Of a DNA stretch of 64,000 bases, positions 49,651-60,145 are shown piece after piece. Within the stretch, counting starts at the first letter, position 1. Each line of letters begins with the position of its first letter. Origin of the DNA: Rhodosorus marinus CCMP1338 (taxonomy: Eukaryota > Plantae > Rhodophyta). The notes under the pieces were generated by a model, which worked only from the letters and a program-made list of their open reading frames with translations, ran no database searches and had not been told where the DNA came from. The stretch spans positions 186,001 to 250,000 of the forward strand of contig JAMWBK010000012.1 of NCBI GenBank assembly GCA_029953675.1, read 5' to 3'. Both the position numbers and the translations under genes were made by a program.

Positions 49651-49676
49651 GAGTCCCAAAAGGTTTGTTTTGGTGA

Positions 49677-52600
49677 GTTGTTGTCGAGGATTGATGAATG
49701 AATGGTGAGGATTGGGGTTTTGTTTCTTTTTCGGTCGCGAGCGTGTTCGTTTACGGGAAGCGCTTCCTCTGGTACGCCTTCCCCTCGATTTTCCGCGGTG
49801 CGTCGTTTGCATTTGCAACTACTTCTGTCTTCCGGGTGGGTGTGTTGCGGGGCCTTTCCTATTTGGGTTGGGTTTGGTCGATTATTCTCTCGGTGCGGTT
49901 TCATATTGGTGGTGCAACGTTTCCTTTGCGCATTCCCTCAGGATGGTAGGGATATCTCCGCGCTCGACGGAGCCTCCTCCCAAGGAGGCACTGCCAGGTG
50001 GGGGACTCCGTGTTCGCCTCAGCTGCGGCACGTTTTCTTCCGAGGTTGACTTGGAAGGCGCTTCTGGCACCCAGGCGCGTGCACTTATCTCCACTGTCAC
50101 CAGCCTGATCACTGCTGCGAGTGATCGTGGAGTGCTCCCTCAGCTCACCCAGAAGCTAGGTGGGCTGGAATCGGGATTGCTGGCCAGGTCAAATTCAAAT
50201 TCGGACGAGAATTTGAATTGCCCCAGAGTGGCAGCGTTGGCTGAACGCAGTCAACATCAGGTCAATCAACATGAACCTGTCCCGGGACAGGCGAGGGTGG
50301 TCGCTTCTGTTCGGGACAGTACGACGTTGGGGAGCGGCAGGCTGGGCCAAAACGCGCTTCAGCGCTCGGGGACTCGAGGCAATGGTGGCGGTGACTGTGC
50401 GGCAACCGGTGTGGAGGAGACTGCAGCTGTGGACTTCCCTCTCTTGGACCAGCCCTCAGGTGGGCACCAGCTCCCGGCTACTGCGGGGGCACGTGGTGGC
50501 CGCAAGGGGGGCGCTTCGTACGCATCAGTCTTGCGGAAGGGCACCACACGTACGGCGGCTATGCTCCGTTTCCTACGATCTCGCGAGCCTCAGGATGGAC
50601 CTGTGGAGACCACTCTCCAATTTCTGTGGGTGCGAAATGTCCGGCCCCAGACTACACGAGGACAGGTTCCGTCTATGCGAGACTTTCGGGACACTTTTGC
50701 GGAATCGTTAGGGTGCAGCCGGGGTGATTTCTTCTTCGCAAACTATGAGGGCCGCGATGTGCTGTTTTTGGTCTCCGCAACCGCCGCCAAGTACCTGGAG
50801 GCCTTGCTGGCGAAGCCTACCGAGCAGTGGCCTGAGAGCGCCCGGTGGCTGCGCTGCAACCCGCAGGTGGTTTTGCACTTCGATTTTGACCGTTTCTCGG
50901 GCAATTTCCTGTCTCCGGGAGAAACGGCAGGGCTCTCTGAGCATGAGAGCAGCGTGAAGGCGGCAGCGATCCATTGGCTACGGATTCAGCGCCTTGAGAG
51001 GATCTTGTTGGAGCGGTTCCGGTCGAGCCCTCGTCACCTGCGCATGGCGGTGTCCAGCTTCTTCGATCTGGAGAGGCGACTTTTGCTGACTTCGCGCTAC
51101 AAGACAGAGCTGCAGCGGTTGGGGCTTTTGGAGGGCTCTGCTTCCAGCACCGCTTCCAGCGAGAATGGTGAGGCAGGGGAGCAGACTGAGGGCATGGCGG
51201 TGGAGGACGCCAAGGCTACTTTGCTGAAGCCCGCGGGATCCGTTCCGCGAGCCTCGCGGAGTGGGCGGCTCACGACTTTGGTGCGGATAGGAGGTAAGAG
51301 AACGAGGACCGACTCCCCCGGGTCTAAGGGGGAGAAGCACTATTAGCGCTCCAGGCACGGCTGCGAGGTCGCAGCCTATGGATCTACAGTCTTATGTCCT
51401 GAAGGAGGGCGGAGACTGGGGCATTTGGCGTACGCGTTTTCGGAGTTGGCTCCGGCGGTGGATTTCTTTGGAAGGAAGGCTCCCTTCCCCTCCGTGGGGG
51501 CATTCCCCCAGTAGTCCTCCCTCGTGGAGACCTCCTAGTAGCTGGAACCATTCTCGATTTCATCTTCACGAGCTTGGCTCGTAACATTCGGGACACAGTC
51601 ATTTGGGTTTTTCTGGGGGTCATGCCGCGCCTGATTCTGGCCCCCATTCACACATCGGAGCGCAGATGGCGAGTACGAGACCGACTGGCCCTGTTCTTGA
51701 AGGGAGACTTCGAAATACTACAGCGCAGCTATTTGGCGTCGTCAGCACCATCCGCCCGTCGGACTCGGCACGGCACAGTGTCGCCCGTGCCGGCTCGAGT
51801 ACAGAAATTGGTAGCAGTGGGCGATTTAAGTCGAGCGGCGTGGGTTTTGGAGGGCCAGGCGCCTGTCCTCCGCTACGATGATAGTCTCGCCCAGACGGTG
51901 TCGTCTTTGTTGCCTGAGTCCGACCTGGACTTGTCCCCTGAATTCGAGGTATTCTTGGACCGTCCGGAGTTGGCCAGGTTTCGCATCGATCTGACGCTCA
52001 GTGAGTCTGACCTGGAGGATTTGCTTCGTACCTCGCGTCGGGGACGCTGTCCCGGACCCTCCGGACTAAGAACAGAGGTATTGCAGGCCCTGAGCCAGCC
52101 TGGCCAGAGCGCGCTTCTGAGGATCCTTAATAAGTTGTTCCAGGGCGTATCGGGTGCGTCTGCGCCATGGGAACATCTCCGGCAGGCACAGCTTTGCTTG
52201 TTCACGAAACCTGACCACCAGCCGGCCCACCCGCGTCTCCGCCCGATCGGGATGGTGGAGAGCCTACGGAAGTTAGCCGGGAGGTGGCTATGCCAGCGCC
52301 TTCGCCAGCGCGTCACAGCTTTTATGGCGCCCTTGCAAGTAGGGGTGGGATTTTCTGGGGGTTGTGAGCTGATCACCCATGGGATCGAGCTAGAACGTGC
52401 CAGTAGGCCGGAGTGGGGAGTCTTGGTGGTTGATTTCCGGAACGCATTCAACAGCGTGTCGCGGACGCATGCGCTAGAGGTGCTCCGACGTGTGTTTCCG
52501 GAGGCGTGGCCGTTTCTATCGGGTATTTACGCAGGGGAGAGCTTCCCCTACTTGACAACGGAGGGCACTGTTTTTCAAGCACATACTGGCGTCCAACAAG

Positions 52601-54358
52601 GCGACCCTTGCGGACCTCTTCTTCATGCCTGTGCCCTACAGCTCGTACTTTTACGTCTTTCGACTGAGGTCTCGGATCTTCGAATCTGCGCGTACCACGA
52701 TGACGAAACACTGCTGGGCACCCCTGAGACCCTGGCTAGGGGACTGACCGAGATTGAAGCGATTGCACGTCGCGTCGGTTTGACTGGGGAAACAGAAAAA
52801 TGTCGCTTTCTCCCCCCGAGGGACGTGTCGCTGACCTCTCTGCCACCCACTCTGCGACTAATCAGCGCACGTGAAGGGTTCGAACACCACGGCGTCGGAT
52901 TAGGGACTGACAACTTTGTCCAAGCATCCTCCGAGCGAGTTTTGGCGCGGCACAAGCAACTCACCGACGCCATTGAGCACCTACCCGACAGCATGCTGCA
53001 ATCGGCCTGCTTGCTTTCCCGCTTTTGTGCCGGTCCCAGACTCAACTACTGGTCGCGCAGCCTGCCTCCAGCTTGGGGCTCGTGGATCGCGGCTAAAGCC
53101 GACGAGATGACCCTGCAACACTGGGGAACGCTCTTGGATGAGCCCCTCGATCTTGAAGCTGCTCCCGGCAGGGACTTGATTCGTGCACAGATCGCTCTAC
53201 CGTTGCGATTAGGGGGATTCGGCGTCGCAGACCGTGGGCTGGTATGCTCGCCAGCGGCGGTTGCCTCCTGGGCTACCGCGCTGCGAACGTTGGTGACCTT
53301 CCAGATGCGAAGTGCCTGCCTCTTGGCTCGAGCTTTGACCAACGAGGATCCAGTGACCCTGCCGCCCCCGTTTTTGACAATTTATGATGGTCTTCAACAC
53401 GCGTTCAGGAGGTGCAACGCCGTGCCGGACGCAAGTCGGTCCCGCTTTCGTTCCTGGAGGGAGCTGTTATGGGGACGAGCTGAAGCGATTGAGGATTGTC
53501 CCCTCGACCGAGTTCTTGCCGATGACGGAGAGGCTAGCCCCGAGTCACCTGTTGCAGACTACCCGGGTTTGAGCCGATTGTGGAGCTCCCGCACTGATGT
53601 GATTCAACATAGCCTCACCTGGGGCCAACACAGTGCCGCTCACACAGTCATGCTCAATTCTCCTCTCACGCCGCCTACCACTGCCGCTCGTCTCCGCGGC
53701 ATGGGAGGCCACCTCTCGCACTTGTGGTTAACCACTCTACCGTCGTCATTGAGTCATCGTCTCGATGCTTTCCAGTTCCGTTCTGCCGCACGGATCTATC
53801 TCGGTTTGCCACAGGCTCCGTGGCACTCTAATCGGCCGTCTTTCTGTCAGGGATGTGAGAGCCGGATTGACGCTTGTGGCTACCACTTCCTGGGTTCCTG
53901 CGGACTGTTGAGAGGTCTCCGTAGGAGGCGTCACACTCGCCTCAAGTACATCGTCAGCGAATTTTTGACTCGGATAGGGCATACGGTTGAGGTTGAGTCG
54001 GAAGTGCCCAGATCAATCTCGGACTCTGCACCGCCCCGTTGTATAGCCGATCTCCTCGTCTCCGACGCTGCTGCCAGACGCTCAACATATGTGGACCTTG
54101 CGATCACCTGCCCCGTGGCCAGCGCCCACCTCACCGCAGCCGCCCGCCGCCGGGGGGCCGCGGCTTCAGCCTTTCGAAGAGTTAAGGAACGACGGTATGC
54201 TGAGAGCATGGCCAGTCTGCCTTGCGCTGAGGGTCGCTCTCACCGGTTCCAGCCATTCATTGTGGAAAGCTTTGGTCACGTGGATAAGTCGGGTTTAGAG
54301 TGGTTGCGGAAATGTTTTGCTGAGCATCCTACTGAATATTTGGCGCTCTTGAGGCGTT
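49677..54358 (+). mobile_element. Near full-length family A1 CRE-type non-LTR retrotransposon (5' UTR, ORF1, ORF2; last about 150 nt missing)
   Basis: 5' terminus shared with 6946, 19637 and 20890; RT domain then CCHC then RLE; no APE domain seen. Confidence 0.93.
49943..51346 (+). CDS. Family A ORF1 (about 467 aa from the first ATG), low-complexity N-half and a possible RRM-like region
   Basis: Open frame 49712-51346; LWVRNVRP..FRDTF..VLFLV looks RRM-like by eye only. Confidence 0.7.
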   Translation: MVGISPRSTEPPPKEALPGGGLRVRLSCGTFSSEVDLEGASGTQARALISTVTSLITAASDRGVLPQLTQKLGGLESGLLARSNSNSDENLNCPRVAALAERSQHQVNQHEPVPGQARVVASVRDSTTLGSGRLGQNALQRSGTRGNGGGDCAATGVEETAAVDFPLLDQPSGGHQLPATAGARGGRKGGASYASVLRKGTTRTAAMLRFLRSREPQDGPVETTLQFLWVRNVRPQTTRGQVPSMRDFRDTFAESLGCSRGDFFFANYEGRDVLFLVSATAAKYLEALLAKPTEQWPESARWLRCNPQVVLHFDFDRFSGNFLSPGETAGLSEHESSVKAAAIHWLRIQRLERILLERFRSSPRHLRMAVSSFFDLERRLLLTSRYKTELQRLGLLEGSASSTASSENGEAGEQTEGMAVEDAKATLLKPAGSVPRASRSGRLTTLVRIGGKRTRTDSPGSKGEKHY

Positions 54359-54360
54359 AG
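51378..54360 (+). CDS. Family A ORF2: reverse transcriptase, CCHC zinc finger and PD-(D/E)xK restriction-like endonuclease; +1 frameshift near 51475 in this copy, C-terminus clipped
   Basis: RLRPIG, VDFRNAFNSVSR, GVQQGDPCGP, YHDD, LPLRLGGFG, CxxC..H..C..RRH, ADLL..YVDL..KERRY. The 33834 copy reads through the frameshift site. Confidence 0.92.
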
Positions 54361-55998
54361 GCATCCCCTACGGGTCGCCGTCCTTCGTTGAAGGCGAGTT
54401 GCTGCAGCTCCTCGGTAAGCACAGACAGCTGGTTGCAGAGCTTCGACGGCTACCTCCGGGCTTTCTCCAGTGCTCGTTGTTGCTGTTTCGGTATTGTTGC
54501 AGTCAGCGGTTAACCTATTGGCTCCGCTCACTTCCAACTCATTGGGGCCGGTGGTTGGCCACTCGTGCGGATGCTGAAAGTTTCCGTGACCTTGGGTATT
54601 TTCTCGATGAAGAGCTGAGCGCTCTGTCGCGACCCACCTGTGATGTTGTGCGCGCCCAGGTAGGCCTCCCATTGCGATTGGGGGGACTGGGCCTCTGCAA
54701 TCGTGTTGTGGTCCAACCCGCAGTCGCAGTAGGGGCCTGGGGAACCGCACTTCCCACTTTGAGCAGCTTGGGTATCTCGAAGTTCCGCAATTTGATGGCG
54801 AGCCTCTCGCGGGGTGTCTTGCTTCCCAGCGTACCGGAAAGCGCCCAAGACTTGTTTCTGGAGCTCCAAAACGCCCTGAATTCCTGTACTAGTCTCCCCG
54901 AAACCGTTCAACCCCGTCTTCCTGACTGGCGAGCTGTATTTGACCGCTCTCGAGGCTCCGCCCCGGGGATTCGTCCTGCGCCTGAACCTGTTCTAGGGGA
55001 GATTGACCCAGTGGTTGCCGCAGAAGAAGAAGTTCCAGTTGATCCTCCTGATGATTCCCAGCGCGCTGGGAGCCGAGCTCAACCACGCACGGATGCGCTG
55101 CAAAATATCCTTTCTTGGGACTTGCACCGTGCTGCATATGGCCGACTCCTCGCGCAGATGGTCTCATCTTCTCGCGCTCGCGCCCGCCTACGTAGTCTTG
55201 GAGGGGTTATTAGCTCTCAGTGGCTCATGAACGTACCAGCCTTTCCGCCACTCACTCCGTCGGATTTCGAAGTGCGTACTTCACTGCGCTTATACCTCGG
55301 CTTACATCAGCCCCCTTGGCCGTACGAGATGGGTTCGTCGTGCCCTCTCTGCTCTCAGACTGAAGACAACGCAGATTTTGGCGCCCACCTGCTGGCTAGT
55401 TGCCCGGCGGTGAAAGATGCTCGAACCCGCCGCCATACACGGATCTTGAACCTGTTATACCGGGAACTTCGGCCTATAGTCCGGCAAGCCGGTCTGGAAA
55501 TCGAACGTGAGAAACCTTTACCCGTCGCGGACTTTCAAAATGATGAACGCCGTGTAGCCGACCTGGTGATCACCTGTGACGACAGCCGCCGTACCACATA
55601 CATTGATCTTGCTGTTCCTAACCCTCAAGTTAGTCGTTATCTCCCGGCTGCGGGGGAGCGCCGTGGATCTGCCGCCGCCAGCATGAGACGCCGCAAAGAG
55701 ATCAAATACGCGGGGGCTTTGTCTTCCCCTGGTGTTCGTGCTTCGGCACTAGCACATCGCTTGGTACCCCTGATCATTGAGTGCTTTGGGTTCATGGACT
55801 CTGTTGGTTCTCGCTGGCTTCGGGAGTTGTTCCGCGAACGCCCTGACCGTCTTCAATCGTTGTTTACCCGCTTAAGTTTCCTGCTGTGGCGCATGAATGC
55901 CGCTTTGATGTTGGAGGCGCGAGTACTTCGCCGCGCTTAGTCTTTTTTTCCCCTCGGGGTTTTTTTTTTTCAGCCTCCGATTAAACCATTCGTTCGTT
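54361..55998 (+). mobile_element. Longest family B copy (5'-truncated; ORF 54399-55940 with RT thumb region, CCHC, RLE)
   Basis: LPLRLGGLG, CPLC..H..C..RTRRH, RRVADL, IDLAVPNP, KEIKY; (GTTC)n tail. Confidence 0.93.
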
Positions 55999-57395
55999 CG
56001 ATGTGATTCAACATAGCCTCACCTGGGGCCAACACAGCGCCGCTCACGCAATCTTGCTCAACTCTCCCCTCACACCGCCTACCACCGCCATCTATCACGT
56101 TTATGGTTAACGACCCTGCCGTCATCACTGGGTCACCGTCTGGATGCCTTGGTGAGTTTTCGGATGCGAAGTGTTTGCCTTTTGGCTAGAGCACTGACTA
56201 GTGAAGACCCCGAGACCCTTCCGCCGCCGCTCTTGAGTATCTATGATGCGCTGCAACAGGCGTTCAGTAAGTGCAACGCCGTGCCGGACGAGAGCCGATC
56301 TAGATTTCGGTCCTGGAAGGAGCTGTTATGGGGACGTACTGAGGCGATCGAGGACTCTCCCATCGACAGAGTACTCGCCGACGAGGGGGAAGCTAGCCCC
56401 GGGTCACCGGTTGCCGATTACCCGGGTCTGAGCCGATTGTGGAGCTCGCGCACTGATGTGATTCAACATAGCCTCACCTGGGGCCAACACAGCGCCGCTC
56501 ATGCAATCTTGCTCAACTCCCCCCTCACACCGCCTACTACTGCCGCTCGCCTCCGCGGCATGGGAGGCCATCTATCACATTTGTGGTTAACGACCCTGCC
56601 GTCATCACTGGGTCACCGTCTGGATGCCTCCCAGTTTCACTCTGCCGCACGGATTTACATGGGTTTGCCACAAGCTCCGTGGCACTCTAATCGGCCGCCT
56701 TTCTGTCAGGGATGTGAGAGTCGGATCGATGCTTTTGGATACCATTTCTTGGGTTCATGCGGATTCTTGAGAGGTCTTCGTAAGAGGTCGACACATTCGC
56801 TTCAAGTACATTTTCAGTGAATGTTTGACTCGGGTAGGGCATACGGTTGAGGTGGAATCGGAACTACCCAGATCGGTCTCGGACAGGACACCGCCCCGCT
56901 GTATCGCAGATCTTGTCGTCTCCGATGCTGCCGCCAGACGCTCAGCATATGTTGACCTCGCGATTACATGCCCTGTGGCAAGCGCCCATCTCACGCGTGC
57001 CGCCCGCCGCGGGGAGCAGCTGCTTCGGCCCTTCGCCGCGTGAAAGAACGACGGTATGCTGAGAGTATGGCCAGCCTGCCTCGCGCTGAGGGTCGCTCCC
57101 ACCGGTTCCAGCCTTTCATTGTGGAAAGCTTTGGTCACGTGGAGAAGGCGGGTTTGGAGTGGTTACGGAAATGTTTCACTGAGCATCCTATTGAATACTT
57201 GGAACTTTTGCGGCGTTTAAGTGTCTCTCCGTGGCGATATTCGAGCAGCATGCTTGCCGAGGCGGGCCATCGGCGCCTGGGTTTGCACGCTTCCCTACCT
57301 AGTTCTTAGTTCCTTTTCACGGTTTGCGTAGCGCTTTAGGCTATGCTAATAAGCCCGCAATAAAGCCAAGCCAATAAAACCTAACAAAGCCAGTA
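55999..57395 (+). mobile_element. Rearranged 5'-truncated A2 copies with a long degenerate tail
   Basis: Identity to A2; tail AATAAGCCCGCAATAAAGCCAAGCCAATAAAACC.. Confidence 0.9.
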
Positions 57396-57460
57396 AACGC
57401 CCACCAACCACCAATGGATGATTTATTCGGAGAGTAATTCCGAAAAAAATTACAGAACAT

Positions 57461-57763
57461 GAATGAATGAATGAATGGTTTAATCGGAGGCTGAAAAAAA
57501 AAAACCCCGAGGGGAAAAAAAGACTAAGCGCGGCGAAGTACTCGCGCCTCCAACATCAAAGCGGCATTCATGCGCCACAGCAGGAAACTTAAGCGGGTAA
57601 ACAACGATTGGAGACGGTCAGGGCGTTCGCGGAACAACTCCCGAAGCCAGCGAGAACCAACAGAGTCCATGAACCCAAAGCACTCAATGATCAGGGGTAC
57701 CAAGCGATGTGCTAGTGGGACCCAAAGCACTCAATGATCAGGGGTACCAAGCGATGTGCTAGT
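57461..57763 (-). mobile_element. Short family B copy with 6-bp TSD GAACAT and a duplication of about 45 bp at its 5' junction
   Basis: GAACAT at 57455-57460 and 57764-57769; 57673-57717 repeated at 57720-57764. Confidence 0.9.
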
Positions 57764-57837
57764 GAACATAGTGTTGCAAGAAGTCCCTTTTTTTTTTGTT
57801 CCAGAGCTCCTAGAGGTATGGCTTAGAATGCGAGTGC

Positions 57838-59751
57838 TCAAAATTTGGGAGCGGCGAAGATCTGACAAGCCCTGCTTCCTCTCTGTCCTGAGACAGTGAC
57901 CTTTCCGCCCTGGTCCACAGCCAGGCAGGCCATACCCAACGCTTGGATAGGGGAGAGGAGGTTTACGTAGCCACGGTCCCCAATCTCCATGAAGAATTCT
58001 GTCTCATCAGAGCGCCGATCGATAGATCCCGTGGCTGCCACCCTGCCAGTGACAACGTCCACTTGCAGGAGCTTTCCGGTGAGCTTTGACTGAAGGGCGA
58101 CCCTTCCACTGCCCACGTGCAGAACTTTGAAGAGGAATGCCTTGATTTTCGAGGGCAAAACCACCTTATTCGCTCTTAAAAAGTAGGATTCTTCAGTTAT
58201 CTCCATGAGCCTATTTGACGCGCTCGCTCGTAGAATGATGTCGGTTCCGGACAGGGGAATTGGGCCAGAAGCCAGGTAGACTTTCATCTTTCTATCTTTT
58301 TCCATTGATGTGGACGCGATTATCTTTCCCTGCTCAGATATTTTTTTCGGTCTTAGGTAACCAAAGCCGAATCTCGCCGATTGGACAGCAACCTCTCCAG
58401 CGCGCAGGTTCCTCAGCCTAAATTTGAGCCTGGTATTCCTCGAGGCGGGTTTGTACCACGTAGATGCATTAAGAACAACTTCAGCGCCATCTTTGATAAG
58501 AGTAGCCATTTTTCCGTTCACCATTGACCTCAGTGAGAAAAGAGAACCCGACATTGATTCCCCAACCATCATCCACTGCGCAGCGAAGCGTGCTACTTCG
58601 GAATCGGCGTGCACTTGTTTGCTTGAATAGTCCGTTGACAGAAACAGACCAGCTGCACTTGATTTGAGCGCCACGATGGAGCCGGAAGGTGTGTATGTAT
58701 CGAGCGGCTTGATGCCTGGTACGATCTCTTGAAATCCGTCTCCTGTCCGGACACTATATCCGTAGGGAGTTCTTTCCATCCTTCCACGGTGTAATTGGCT
58801 ACTCAGTTCCCATTCAATGTTTCCATCCGCATCCAGCTTTATAATACTGGAAGCGCCTAGCACCACCCCGCCGTCCTCGCCTGCGAGCATCGAGTACAGG
58901 CTAGTGCTCGAGGTCCCCATGACTGTGTTCTTCCACAGGATTTGCCCACCCTTGCTTAGCTTGTAAATGGTATGATGCGTAGATCTAGAACAACCAACAA
59001 AGTAATTTCCATCAGCGCCGTATACTGGTGCCGTGGTTGGGCTCTGGTAGCACTGACTCTCAGCAGTGGTCAGCTTCTTTCTCCACAGTAACATCCCGGA
59101 TTTCGATATTTTGTGAACAAAGACATCTCCAGCGCTGTTCACGGAAGATATGATATTAAAGTCCTCCACCTCGGCAATGCCACCTCCCCGTTCTCTATAG
59201 TACTGTGCTGGAGCGAGAAAATTTCTCCAGAGACGGTTCCCGTCCGCATCCAACTTGAGAATCCTTCCTTCAGCAACAACAATTGACCCATCACTGAGCT
59301 CGATTACACCGGTGGGAAAGTCATCCTCTTGAAAGTCAAAAGGGTGATCCCATATCAAGTCACGGTGCGAGTCGAATCTCTGCACAACCGCATCATCCCC
59401 ACTATACGATCTGGTACCGGCTATGACTATGTCTCCGTTCATCGTGCGAGTAGCAACCTGGCATTGAGACTCGTTAGGGGACAGAACTTTTCTCCTAGAT
59501 ACATCGTATGATCCTCTGGTGATCTCAAAGTATTCACAGCCCACTCCTACGTTACCATTGGTACCAACGACCCCAAAGCTACCGGTTTCCAAAGGAAATA
59601 TGTTGGACAAGAACAGCGGCGTCCGAGGATCATCTCTCGCGTTGCCATAGTTGAAAGTTATCGTGGAGGATATCTTCTCCCCCGCAGTACATAAAGTAAA
59701 GAAAACAGCCCCTAAAACCAGGGCACAGAATAGAATACTCAGTCGAATCAT
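57838..59751 (-). CDS. Intronless secreted protein: propeller-like repeats (G..xW motifs) and C-terminal fascin-like beta-trefoil-type repeats
   Basis: Signal peptide; repeated KLDADG..W / K.SKxG..LW motifs; IVALKS..GLFL and VALQS..GKLL trefoil-like motifs. Confidence 0.75.
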   Translation of the reverse strand: MIRLSILFCALVLGAVFFTLCTAGEKISSTITFNYGNARDDPRTPLFLSNIFPLETGSFGVVGTNGNVGVGCEYFEITRGSYDVSRRKVLSPNESQCQVATRTMNGDIVIAGTRSYSGDDAVVQRFDSHRDLIWDHPFDFQEDDFPTGVIELSDGSIVVAEGRILKLDADGNRLWRNFLAPAQYYRERGGGIAEVEDFNIISSVNSAGDVFVHKISKSGMLLWRKKLTTAESQCYQSPTTAPVYGADGNYFVGCSRSTHHTIYKLSKGGQILWKNTVMGTSSTSLYSMLAGEDGGVVLGASSIIKLDADGNIEWELSSQLHRGRMERTPYGYSVRTGDGFQEIVPGIKPLDTYTPSGSIVALKSSAAGLFLSTDYSSKQVHADSEVARFAAQWMMVGESMSGSLFSLRSMVNGKMATLIKDGAEVVLNASTWYKPASRNTRLKFRLRNLRAGEVAVQSARFGFGYLRPKKISEQGKIIASTSMEKDRKMKVYLASGPIPLSGTDIILRASASNRLMEITEESYFLRANKVVLPSKIKAFLFKVLHVGSGRVALQSKLTGKLLQVDVVTGRVAATGSIDRRSDETEFFMEIGDRGYVNLLSPIQALGMACLAVDQGGKVTVSGQRGSRACQIFAAPKF

Positions 59752-60145
59752 GTTCGATGGCGGTCGCCAATCCGGGACTCCTCCGTTCCTTAACGAGCAC
59801 CCAACCCAGTTTTACACACCCCTCTTCCTTCAGCTCTCCTTTGCCTTTGTTCAACCTTGAGGGTATGCCTCCTTGGAAGATCTATCGTCGTCAGCGTTTC
59901 TCCTCATGTTCGCCAGCCACCCAACCCGCTGCTCTAATATCTACTGGTTTATAATGCCCACTGGCCTCCTCTCAAACCCTTTTTTTTTTTTTAGCTTGCA
60001 CATTTCCTACCCTACTACGGATAATCTCGACTGAGTAGCAGCAACCCAAGTACACTTACAACACTTCTCCGAGTAGCTCATCCAACAACGCACACTGTAG
60101 CTGTAGCCATGGCCTTAGCGTTGTCACCTACGCCAGATATAAAAA

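Noticed and set aside
55938-55975. Rho-independent terminator
   Set aside because: The hairpin and U-tract are part of the family B 3' UTR in a eukaryotic genome.
49677-57395. RT plus near-identical repeats as a DGR, retron or group II intron
   Set aside because: The RT is followed by CCHC and RLE, copies are 5'-truncated with tails and TSDs, and differences are not adenine-specific; this fits non-LTR TPRT.
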